A stretch of 14,706 nucleotides of DNA from contig NZ_MKGN01000012.1 of the NCBI RefSeq assembly GCF_002682985.1, positions 1 to 14,706 on the forward strand, read 5' to 3'. The position numbers and the translations under genes are program-made. Every line of letters starts with the position of its first letter. The first letter of the stretch is position 1. The notes under the pieces were generated by a model. That model did not search any database, had not been told where the DNA came from, and saw nothing but the letters and a program-made list of their open reading frames with translations. The DNA comes from Candidatus Tremblayella phenacoccinincola. Lineage in GTDB: Bacteria > Pseudomonadota > Gammaproteobacteria > Burkholderiales > Burkholderiaceae. This document shows, one piece after another, positions 1-9,018 of this stretch.

Positions 1-137
1 CATACGAACCCCAAAAGCTTCTCATATATTTTCTAGAGAGGCCTATATTGTAGCTAAAGAGATAGGCTTATAGTTAGCATTTATAGGGATACTTTTGTTG
101 ATAGCTCTTCAAAGGAAGGAGGGAGAAAGTGTTTAAT

Positions 138-221
138 ACCGAGGTGGCGAAATAGGTAGTCGCGTTACTTTGAGGTGGTAATGCTTTTATAAGTATACGG
201 GTTCAAGTCCCGTCCTCGGTA
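138..221 (+). tRNA. tRNA-Leu, anticodon GAG, type II with long variable arm
   Basis: Cloverleaf read by eye. Acceptor ACCGAGG/CCTCGGT, 3-bp D stem GCG/CGC, anticodon stem TTACT/GGTAA with loop TTGAGGT (anticodon GAG at 172-174). 15-nt variable arm, T arm ACGGG-TTCAAGT-CCCGT, discriminator A221. Collinear with E. coli tRNA-Leu. No encoded CCA. Confidence 0.85.
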
Positions 222-249
222 TTATATAATAAACATAATACGCATCTAA

Positions 250-323
250 AGCGGAGTGGAGCAGGCTTGGCAGCTCATCGGGCTCATAACCCGAAGGACG
301 TTGGTTCAATTCCAACCTCCGCA
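250..323 (+). tRNA. initiator tRNA-fMet, anticodon CAT
   Basis: Collinear with E. coli tRNA-fMet: D stem GAGC/GCTC, anticodon arm TCGGG-CTCATAA-CCCGA, T arm GTTGG-TTCAATT-CCAAC. Two initiator hallmarks are present: three G:C pairs next to the anticodon loop, and an unpaired 1/72 position (A250 opposite A323). No encoded CCA. Confidence 0.85.
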
Positions 324-490
324 TCTGAGATCTTGGTGTTCTTGTGTTGTTAGTTAACCTTTGTATATTAGTATGTAGATTAGTATGTATGATGTTCATT
401 GTAGCTTGAAAAGGCAGTCTATATTGGTATGTATCTATAGGCTATTAGATGAACCAGGCTCTAGGACAGATATACGTTGGTTCTTAACAG

Positions 491-1474
491 CTACAGAGCA
501 CATACATAGCTGATGAACCATTCCTTTCTCGAGTAGAGGCTACCCATATGCTTAAAGCAGTCAGGATCGTATGTATATATTGTAGCTGTTATTCTTTTCT
601 TATAAAAGCCTCCAACCCTTGAAAGCCAAAACCTAAAAGACATCACTTCTAACGTAACCAACAGCTTCTTCTTTTCCCTGTTCTTCAGAGGCTTAATAGT
701 TTGGTACGAGTGCATTAGCTTTACAGTAGCGTACGCATTTAGAAGACCATTACTAGATGTGCACCAAGTGTTTAAAGCTATGGCTACATCAACCAACATC
801 TTTTCTTGTCCTGAGAAATAGAAGTCAAAACAACCGCTTAGTCTTTGTCTATGCATATGAAATAGCTGTTCAAAGGCCACATTATCTTTAAATAGATCTC
901 CATGACAAACCCCATCATCCAGCCTTTTATAGCCACCCGCTAAGAAGAAGAATAACTGTATTGAAGACCTATACTCAAACACATATCTTTTACCAAAGGG
1001 AACAACGTATGCATAGTTGGATACCTTATCTTTAACCCAGCTAATACTGTATACTCGAGCATTGAAGAGCGTAGTCTTTTTACTAATGTGATGCAATGCT
1101 GCTAAAGCTCTACCTGTCTCTAGTAGATGTGGGTTCCCTGGTACTTCTTGCGTAGACCCAATGAGCTTTAAAGTTATTGCTACCGGCTTATCAACCCACT
1201 GAACAACTGGAATAGCTTCTACGTTACTATTCAATATGGGGGCTGGGACACCATTAACTGACAAGAAATACATATAACACAAGTAAAAAGGTAACTCATG
1301 GTTCCCCACGTTCTCAAAGACAGTAACAATTAGGTTCCGCAGTACGGTTGTTAAAAAGAAGTTACTGTTCTCAGTTCCGTGTTTAGTTTCTGTTAGGTTC
1401 TCCAGAGCACCCAGCATATGTTTATTAGACCATCCTGTTAAAACATCAATTGGTACTCTAGTAAAGACTGTCAT
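491..1474 (-). CDS. thrB: homoserine kinase, protein-kinase/APH fold (Pseudomonas-type ThrB)
   Basis: The ORF runs 491..1510. From Met13 (MTVFTRV...) it aligns end to end with Pseudomonas-type homoserine kinase. Shared motifs: TENSNFF, LPFY...NGVPAP, HGDLFKDNV (HxDxxxxN catalytic loop), CFDFYF, FRFWLSR, YDPDCF. The start at 1474 was chosen from that alignment; the upstream ATG at 1510 is the alternative. Confidence 0.8.
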   Translation of the reverse strand: MTVFTRVPIDVLTGWSNKHMLGALENLTETKHGTENSNFFLTTVLRNLIVTVFENVGNHELPFYLCYMYFLSVNGVPAPILNSNVEAIPVVQWVDKPVAITLKLIGSTQEVPGNPHLLETGRALAALHHISKKTTLFNARVYSISWVKDKVSNYAYVVPFGKRYVFEYRSSIQLFFFLAGGYKRLDDGVCHGDLFKDNVAFEQLFHMHRQRLSGCFDFYFSGQEKMLVDVAIALNTWCTSSNGLLNAYATVKLMHSYQTIKPLKNREKKKLLVTLEVMSFRFWLSRVGGFYKKRITATIYTYDPDCFKHMGSLYSRKEWFISYVCAL

Positions 1475-1653
1475 ATAGACATTAACAAGACTTGAAGCTT
1501 TCCAAGGCATTCCCAGATAGTTATCACTGCTTCATCCTCCCTTCCGGATTTATTGTTAGTATGTATGCTAAATATAGGAGAATAGATATGTGTCTGAGGC
1601 TCTTCCCCTCTTCTAATTAACAAGACGGTGTATTACTAGCTATGCTACAGATT

Positions 1654-1687
1654 GGAGGAACTAACCTAATATATGAACTGCTAACAT
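1654..1687 (+). promoter_or_regulatory. Shine-Dalgarno GGAGGA plus 3-codon uORF (ATG AAC TGC TAA, 1673-1684) ending 3 nt before the trpE ATG
   Basis: GGAGGA lies at 1654-1659. The trpE ATG at 1688 has no SD of its own, and the uORF stop TAA (1682-1684) sits 3 nt upstream of it. The 13-mer AGGAACTAACCTA (1656-1668) is identical to the one directly 5' of the grpE ATG. Confidence 0.3.
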
Positions 1688-3160
1688 ATGTTGAACTATA
1701 TTGTAGTAGATAGAGAAAAGCCTGTAACAGCTGGTCATTATTGTATCTCGATGATAGGAGTTGTAACAGGATATAGTATGAGCTTACTAAAAACATATCG
1801 CAGGTCCAGCTTTTCTTTTATAAATACCAATAGCTATATATTTGAAGTTAAACACAGTCGTTCGTTCATTGGGGTTTTCAACAAAGTAACAGCTGAACAC
1901 CGTTCTACCACAGTCAGTATATATTTCTTTAACAGCCTCATTAGAAGATCTTTTGGAGAACCTCATGTATTTCTGAATAACAGCATGTATTTAACCAATG
2001 TCAAAGCTACTAAACATGACCACTTTGTTTCTGAGGTTGGGAGTATTGGATATGTTGGATACGATCTGTTTAGATATCTTAGAAAGCGTACAGGTCTATT
2101 TAGTAAGAAAGACACATTCGGCGTACCTGATGTATTCATGCATTTAACAAAAGAACTTGTGTTAACTTATCAAACAACAATACAGCTGAAGAGTAATTGT
2201 GGGTTATTATCTAAACAATACATATTAAAACTTAAAAAGCTGAGATGTGTCGTTAATATAATATATATAACACCATCAAGAGCTCTAATAGTTCTTAAGC
2301 GTATTTCCAAGAAAGGCATCACTACGATTGTACGTACGAAGTATTTAGGGTTAGTAACAAAGGCTGTTACATACATTCACAAAGGTAAGCTAATGCAGAT
2401 TCAAGTTAGTAGAAGGTTTGTTAAAAGAGTCAGGCTTGATGGCTTACATTTCTTCAAGAGCTTGAAAACAGTTAACCCTTCGGCGTATATGTTTCTGTTA
2501 AGATATGAGTTCTTCGATGTTCTAGGAGCCTCCCCAGAGATTCAGATTAAACAAACAACTCAAAGACAAGACTACCTTACCTCTATCAAACCTATAGCCG
2601 GTACTAGACCTAGGGGAAGATCTGTTAACGAAGACTTAAGACTTGAAGCTATGCTAAGAAGTGACCTAAAAGAAATAGCTGAGCATGTGATGCTGGTTGA
2701 TTTAGCAAGGAACGACTTAGGTATAGTTTCTGCTTATGGGACCGTATATTGTTTTAACTTAATGAGCATTGAGAAATACTCGCACGTTCAACACATCGTT
2801 AGCACCGTTAAAAGCAAGATAAACCGTAACTCAACCATGGCTATACTAAATGCTACCTTTCCCGCAGGTACTGTTACTGGAACCCCAAAACTAAAAGCTA
2901 TGGAATTAATTGATAAGCTCGAACCAATGAAGCGCAGCTTTTATGGAGGCTCTGTCGGATACGTTTCAACCAATGACATCGAAACAGCTATAACCATAAG
3001 AACAAGCCTTATCCACAAACAACGAACCTATATACAATCTGCAGCTGGGATAGTATTCCATTCAAGACCAGTGGGTGAAGTTAAGGAAACTGAAAACAAA
3101 GTGGTTGCTATACTAAGCTGCATTAATAAACTAGATGGAGGGAGTACCATAAATATATGA
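1688..3160 (+). CDS. trpE: anthranilate synthase component I
   Basis: 490-aa ORF with chorismate-binding family motifs: [73 protein letters not shown]. The stop TGA overlaps the trpG ATG (ATGA at 3157-3160). The start is uncertain because the N-terminus is poorly conserved. Confidence 0.9.
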   Translation: MLNYIVVDREKPVTAGHYCISMIGVVTGYSMSLLKTYRRSSFSFINTNSYIFEVKHSRSFIGVFNKVTAEHRSTTVSIYFFNSLIRRSFGEPHVFLNNSMYLTNVKATKHDHFVSEVGSIGYVGYDLFRYLRKRTGLFSKKDTFGVPDVFMHLTKELVLTYQTTIQLKSNCGLLSKQYILKLKKLRCVVNIIYITPSRALIVLKRISKKGITTIVRTKYLGLVTKAVTYIHKGKLMQIQVSRRFVKRVRLDGLHFFKSLKTVNPSAYMFLLRYEFFDVLGASPEIQIKQTTQRQDYLTSIKPIAGTRPRGRSVNEDLRLEAMLRSDLKEIAEHVMLVDLARNDLGIVSAYGTVYCFNLMSIEKYSHVQHIVSTVKSKINRNSTMAILNATFPAGTVTGTPKLKAMELIDKLEPMKRSFYGGSVGYVSTNDIETAITIRTSLIHKQRTYIQSAAGIVFHSRPVGEVKETENKVVAILSCINKLDGGSTINI

Positions 3161-3747
3161 CGATAACATTGATTGATAACCAAGACTCGTTTACGTTCAA
3201 CTTGGGTTCCTGTTTCAGTAATATAGGAGAAGCTGTCAGTGTGGTTAGGAATAATGAGGTTTCTTTCAGAGACTTATTAGCAATGAATCCTACTGTTGTT
3301 TGCTTTTCTCCAGGTCCTGGTTCTCCTTCAACCCTCAGAACAGTTAAGAAGCTTTTCAAGCAGTTACATACCGTTAAACCACTTTTGGGAATATGTTTAG
3401 GACATCAGCTAATAGGAGTATCTTTTGGTAGTGTAGTATTAAAAGCCAAGAACATAATGCACGGACATATTAGTAAGCTATATCACATCAATAAAGGTCT
3501 ATTTAGAACAACATCTCAGGGCTTCTACGTTATGAGATATCACTCACTTGTTATAAATAAATGCTCTGTACCTGAAACCATAGAGATTACAGCATGGTCT
3601 CCAGAAGACGAAGTAATGGGAATAAAACACAAAGAACTGCCGATAGAAGGTATGCAGTTTCACCCAGAGTCCATATATACGCAACATGGAGAACAGCTGG
3701 TAAGGTCCTTTGTTTTTGAAGCACATCAAAAGTTCTTACCAGCTTAG
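3157..3747 (+). CDS. trpG: anthranilate synthase component II (class I glutamine amidotransferase)
   Basis: 196 aa. N-terminal LIDNQDSFTFNL, nucleophile elbow GICLGHQ, and MQFHPES carrying the His/Glu of the triad. Translationally coupled to trpE. Confidence 0.9.
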   Translation: MTITLIDNQDSFTFNLGSCFSNIGEAVSVVRNNEVSFRDLLAMNPTVVCFSPGPGSPSTLRTVKKLFKQLHTVKPLLGICLGHQLIGVSFGSVVLKAKNIMHGHISKLYHINKGLFRTTSQGFYVMRYHSLVINKCSVPETIEITAWSPEDEVMGIKHKELPIEGMQFHPESIYTQHGEQLVRSFVFEAHQKFLPA

Positions 3748-4743
3748 GGTTACATTTAAAGAGTTACTACACAATATAGTATTTCTTTCAGGACTTCCAA
3801 ATAGTTTCTGAGCTTTTAGGATCTTTGCTAAAGCTAGTGGTTCATCTTTATCTTTTCCATTGCTCAGTATGTAGTTAAACACTTTGTTGTTGAAAGCAAT
3901 AAACCCAGTCTGTCCATAGACCAACGATAAGCCTGAGACAATAAACCTATCTTGGAGTGTTAACCAATGTGATTCTTTACCAATGAGCTCTACATTCTTT
4001 CCAGGTGGACTGCTCTTCCTTAAAGACTCAGCGGCTGTTAACACTAGTTCTACTGATGAGATGTTGCTTTGTTCTTTTCCAGCTAGAACCAACCCGAAGT
4101 AACCTGTGATGTGTGTCTTACTTGGTTGTGCTAGCATGTGCATGTGCATGTACATACTAGATTCTGACCCTAAACTGTTTGTTCTCCAACTACTGAAGCC
4201 TATGTCATTGCTATTGGTAGAAGTAGAAGTAGAGCAGCCATTAACACCGGACTCTGACCCTGAACAGAATATACGTATGTTATTAAGCTTTTTGATGCGT
4301 GAGTGTATTGCCGTAAACACGGGTCTAATATGCCAAGGTAGAAGATATACTTCCTTATAGTTAGAACTAGGTTTAGCTCTTGAGAATAAGGGTTGAGCTC
4401 TGCTAAGAATGTTAGCTTCATTTAGGAGTTTTGCTTTTGAAGTAGCATTAGTAATGAAAGCAGCTAACGTTATTCCAGACAGATCTTGAATAAATACTTT
4501 AGAATGAACGAATGGATTCTTTGTATATCTTCTAGAAAGAGGACCCCATCGTATTAAGTGACTGATGTCTGCGGTTCTTCCAATAGTTAGTCTTAACATT
4601 GAATCTAATGTCGCTTGCAGAAAAGAAGGTAGGTAACTAATGTGTGCTCCGTATGTATTACCAAGCTTGTACATTGAAGGAAAGCTGATCGTTGTCTGTT
4701 TATGCTCTATAATGATGGTAGTACATTTAAGAAAGCTAAGCAT
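3736..4743 (-). CDS. hypothetical protein, no family recognised
   Basis: An uninterrupted 335-codon ORF in roughly 40% GC DNA, which is extremely unlikely to stay open by chance. It is Ser/Asn/Leu-rich and has no obvious transmembrane stretches. It contains two in-frame hexanucleotide repeats. The initiation context is weak, so Met24 or Met49 are alternative starts. The 3' end overlaps the trpG 3' end by 12 nt. Confidence 0.45.
   Translation of the reverse strand: MLSFLKCTTIIIEHKQTTISFPSMYKLGNTYGAHISYLPSFLQATLDSMLRLTIGRTADISHLIRWGPLSRRYTKNPFVHSKVFIQDLSGITLAAFITNATSKAKLLNEANILSRAQPLFSRAKPSSNYKEVYLLPWHIRPVFTAIHSRIKKLNNIRIFCSGSESGVNGCSTSTSTNSNDIGFSSWRTNSLGSESSMYMHMHMLAQPSKTHITGYFGLVLAGKEQSNISSVELVLTAAESLRKSSPPGKNVELIGKESHWLTLQDRFIVSGLSLVYGQTGFIAFNNKVFNYILSNGKDKDEPLALAKILKAQKLFGSPERNTILCSNSLNVTLSW
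4135..4155. repeat. hexanucleotide microsatellite (CATGTG)2-CATGTA-CAT on the + strand, equal to (CATGCA)n on the coding strand
   Basis: Read directly: catgtgcatgtgcatgtacat. It encodes MYMHMHM in the minus-strand ORF. A 16-nt stretch is identical to ileS 12978-12993 on the coding strand. Confidence 0.9.
4217..4234. repeat. hexanucleotide microsatellite (GTAGAA)2-GTAGAG
   Basis: Read directly: gtagaagtagaagtagag. It encodes STSTST in the minus-strand ORF. Confidence 0.85.
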
Positions 4744-4827
4744 CTCTATGTTAAGGTTAAAAGATGGTAAAAGGTTGAATATACTCGGTTCGCTTTTTGG
4801 TAAGCAAGACTATACTAATACTAGCTG

Positions 4828-4977
4828 TTATATGTATCTGCAGAGTTCTGAAGAGCTGTAGTGACGTAAGTGAGGGTTGGTTCTTTTGGTAATAGAGATT
4901 GTGGGATGTTTACATTTCTTTTGAAACCGTTTCATATTTCTTTTAGCTGGTGACTTCTTTTTCTTTTGCACTGCCAT
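4828..4977 (-). CDS. rpmF: 50S ribosomal protein L32
   Basis: At 49 codons it is absent from the ORF track. Minus-strand ATG at 4977, TAA at 4830-4828. Translation: MAVQKKKKSPAKRNMKRFQKKCKHPTISITKRTNPHLRHYSSSELCRYI. This matches the L32 pattern MAVQ..K.S.KR.M.R...HLRH seen in E. coli MAVQQNKPTRSKRGMRRSH...KHLRHH. AAGGA lies 7 nt upstream of the ATG. The gene starts 2 nt after the rluC stop, echoing the E. coli rluC...rpmF neighbourhood. Confidence 0.8.
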   Translation of the reverse strand: MAVQKKKKSPAKRNMKRFQKKCKHPTISITKRTNPHLRHYSSSELCRYI

Positions 4978-4979
4978 AG

Positions 4980-5951
4980 TTAAGTCCTTAGCTTTAGGAT
5001 TCTTAAGAACAATGTGTAGTTTAAAGGTGGGGGTGAAAGAAGCTTTAGTCTTGAACCTAATGTTGGGTGTTTAATCGAAAGAACAGTGGAATGTAGCATT
5101 AGTCTGGAACCTGAGAAAGGCTGACTACCATACCGAATATCTCCAAGAACTGGAAACCCCAAATGACTACAGTGTATTCTAAGCTGATGTGTACGTCCTG
5201 TTTCCAGCTTTACGATAAGTAAAAGGAATCTTCTCCATACTTTCAGACATTGAGCTATTGAACACGCTGGAAACCCTGCACGATGAACTAATACTTTCTT
5301 GGTATACGTGTCTAGCTCTTTTGTTAAGGGTGCTCTAATAGTTTGTATCTGTGTCCAGTATACAGACCAATCTCCTGCAACACTAGTATAATATTTCTTG
5401 AACACCTGCCTATATACGAACTGCTTTTGTATATTAAGTAATGCAGGCTTATCTTTTGCTAAAACCACTGTACCTGACGTACGTTGGTCTATTCTATGGA
5501 CTAGCTTTATGGAGTTGTTGTTATTGAGCTTCTGTATCGAATCTATTAAGCTAACGACTGTGCATTCTTTGCCTTTATGCACTGGCATATTGTTATCTTT
5601 ATCAACAGCTATTATGGACTCGTCCTCATATAATATATATAGTTGGTACGTATCGCTTGTTAAGGTATTATTCAGGCTTAAGTTAGGATGTTGAACATAT
5701 ATACAATCTCCAGCTTTGATACGATGTCCTACGTTAGGTTTGTTGTTGTTAATACCTACTCTGCTTGAACTCAGGACCTTATGTGACCAGCTTCTAGCAA
5801 CTCTGACGCCTAGAACAGAAGTTAGAAAGCTTTCTATTCTTTGGTCTTTCTGGTCTTCCTTAACTAAAAGAAGCAATGGGTTGTGGTTCATTATTGGGTC
5901 TATGTCGTATGGTTGGGGAATCCTCTTTGAGTGCTTTGGGTTGTGTTGCAT
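4980..5951 (-). CDS. rluC: RluA-family 23S rRNA pseudouridine synthase, RluC-like
   Basis: N-terminal S4-like region (DQRIESFL...RIKAGD), then ILYEDESIIAVDK, catalytic LVHRIDQRTSG, VAGDW, TGRTHQLRIH and GDIRYG. Collinear with E. coli RluC. The ORF track extends to 6059, but that extension lies inside tRNA-Ser. The start is therefore the ATG at 5951, or at 5891 (MNHNPLL), which fits the E. coli length better. Confidence 0.8.
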   Translation of the reverse strand: MQHNPKHSKRIPQPYDIDPIMNHNPLLLLVKEDQKDQRIESFLTSVLGVRVARSWSHKVLSSSRVGINNNKPNVGHRIKAGDCIYVQHPNLSLNNTLTSDTYQLYILYEDESIIAVDKDNNMPVHKGKECTVVSLIDSIQKLNNNNSIKLVHRIDQRTSGTVVLAKDKPALLNIQKQFVYRQVFKKYYTSVAGDWSVYWTQIQTIRAPLTKELDTYTKKVLVHRAGFPACSIAQCLKVWRRFLLLIVKLETGRTHQLRIHCSHLGFPVLGDIRYGSQPFSGSRLMLHSTVLSIKHPTLGSRLKLLSPPPLNYTLFLRILKLRT

Positions 5952-5977
5952 ATATACATAGAGACTGCTTTGCCATC

Positions 5978-6060
5978 CGATGAGAGAGGGATTCGAACCC
6001 TCGATGCTTTCACATATACGTCTTCCAAACATACGTCTTAAACCTCTCGACCATCTCATC
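5978..6060 (-). tRNA. tRNA-Ser, anticodon GGA, type II
   Basis: The reverse complement folds as follows. Acceptor GATGAGA/TCTCATC, 3-bp D stem GTC/GAC, anticodon stem TATGT/ACGTA with loop TTGGAAG. 13-nt variable arm, T arm GAGGG-TTCGAAT-CCCTC, discriminator G. Collinear with E. coli tRNA-Ser(GGA). No encoded CCA. Confidence 0.85.
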
Positions 6061-6080
6061 TTCTATAGCAACCAATGTTC

Positions 6081-8349
<2,269 letters not shown>

Positions 8350-8431
8350 ATAGGTTAGTTCCTTAGGGTTTATGGTATGACAGCGACATCTTATCTAGAA
8401 CTTAGCATTATGATATAGTTTATAATGGCCT

Positions 8432-8460
8432 TTTATAGAACACTTAATAAGAAATACCAA
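8432..8460 (-). promoter_or_regulatory. candidate sigma70-type promoter for grpE-ligA (TTGGTA-N17-TATAAA on the minus strand)
   Basis: The -35-like TTGGTA is the complement of 8455-8460. The -10-like TATAAA is the complement of 8432-8437. The spacer is 17 nt. The DNA is AT-rich, so a chance match is quite possible. I found no good sigma32 consensus. Confidence 0.2.
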
Positions 8461-8704
8461 GCTGTCCTTTTCTTCTTTAGTTAGTATCATATATATACTT
8501 AAGTTAGAATAGTAGTGTTGGGTATATCTATTACTTCATGTACATGAATAGTGTTTAATGGTAATACTATTAGGTCTTTATACATATAGCTATATAGAGT
8601 ATCTATTAAGTCTCCTACATAGCCTTTCATAGGGATTATTATATACATAGCCTTTAGCAGCCTTTTCAATATATATTAGTTATTGTGGCATCGTTGGTAT
8701 ATTC

Positions 8705-8730
8705 CTCGATATATGATCTCGATATATGAT
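8705..8730. repeat. 13-bp perfect tandem duplication CTCGATATATGAT x2
   Basis: Read directly: 8705-8717 is identical to 8718-8730. Confidence 0.9.
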
Positions 8731-8743
8731 ATTGTTTTGTTTG

Positions 8744-8861
8744 CTATTGGGCAACAGTATTAGCATCCTATTGGACAACAGTATTAGCATCCTATTGGGC
8801 AACAGTATTAGTATCCTATTGGACAACAGTATTAGCATCCTATTGGACAAGTATTAGTATC
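8744..8861. repeat. 24-bp tandem array, 5 units, consensus CTATTGGRCAACAGTATTAGYATC
   Basis: Units lie at 8744, 8768, 8792, 8816 and 8840. The last unit is 22 bp and lacks CA. Units differ only at two positions (G/A and C/T). Units 1+2 against 3+4 suggest a duplicated 48-bp dimer. Confidence 0.95.
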
Positions 8862-9018
8862 CTCTTTTATTAGCTTTGTAAATACTCCCTTTTCCCTTTT
8901 AGAATATCTTTTATAGCTTTTCGATGTCTTGTTAGACCATTTACTATGACCCGCCATATCCATAGACCAGCTAAATAGATAGCTACTATATGCTAATGCT
9001 TTTATGGGGAGTGTTTCT

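Noticed and set aside
187-399. 70-aa minus-strand ORF from the ORF track
   Set aside because: It lies antisense across tRNA-Leu and tRNA-fMet, and its sequence simply mirrors the tRNA stems. It has no SD and no family resemblance.
1525-1552. Minus-strand TCCGGAAGGGAGGATGAAGCAG, which resembles the SRP (4.5S) RNA domain IV motif TCCGGAAGGAAGCAGC
   Set aside because: The flanking sequence cannot form the long helix that 4.5S RNA requires. The 5' side does not pair with the 3' side beyond 2-3 bp, and the motif carries a 6-nt insertion. Treated as coincidence.
381-1567. The 12-mer TTAGTATGTATG occurs on both sides of thrB (381-392 and 1556-1567), with a 12-bp tandem ATTAGTATGTAG/ATTAGTATGTAT at 368-391. 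This raised the idea of flanking direct repeats from an insertion.
   Set aside because: Several 12-mer coincidences are expected by chance in about 15 kb of AT-biased DNA on two strands, and GTATGTA-like strings are common throughout. There are no other mobile-element hallmarks.
4560-4600. IGRTADISH in the orphan ORF resembles the TruA catalytic motif GRTDAGVH, and LVYGQTG resembles YgfZ KGCYTGQE
   Set aside because: The surrounding spacing and other family motifs do not line up. For TruA, the RRY element is about 35 residues too close, and there is no YgfZ KRR tail. The matches are short enough to arise by chance.
5952-6059. N-terminal 36 codons of the 359-aa ORF (MRWSRGLRRMFGRR...)
   Set aside because: This extension is the antisense-free read-through of the tRNA-Ser(GGA) gene on the same strand. 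The RluC homology begins well downstream, so the CDS was trimmed to the ATG at 5951 (or 5891).
8350-8520. A sigma32 heat-shock promoter (CTTGAAA-N13-15-CCCCATNT) upstream of grpE
   Set aside because: The best candidates, CTTGGTA and GGCCATTA, are 24 nt apart, which is too far. No acceptable match was found.
8744-8861. Possibility that the 24-bp repeats form a CRISPR array
   Set aside because: The units abut directly with no unique spacers, the unit has no palindromic core, and there are no cas genes nearby. This is a plain tandem repeat.
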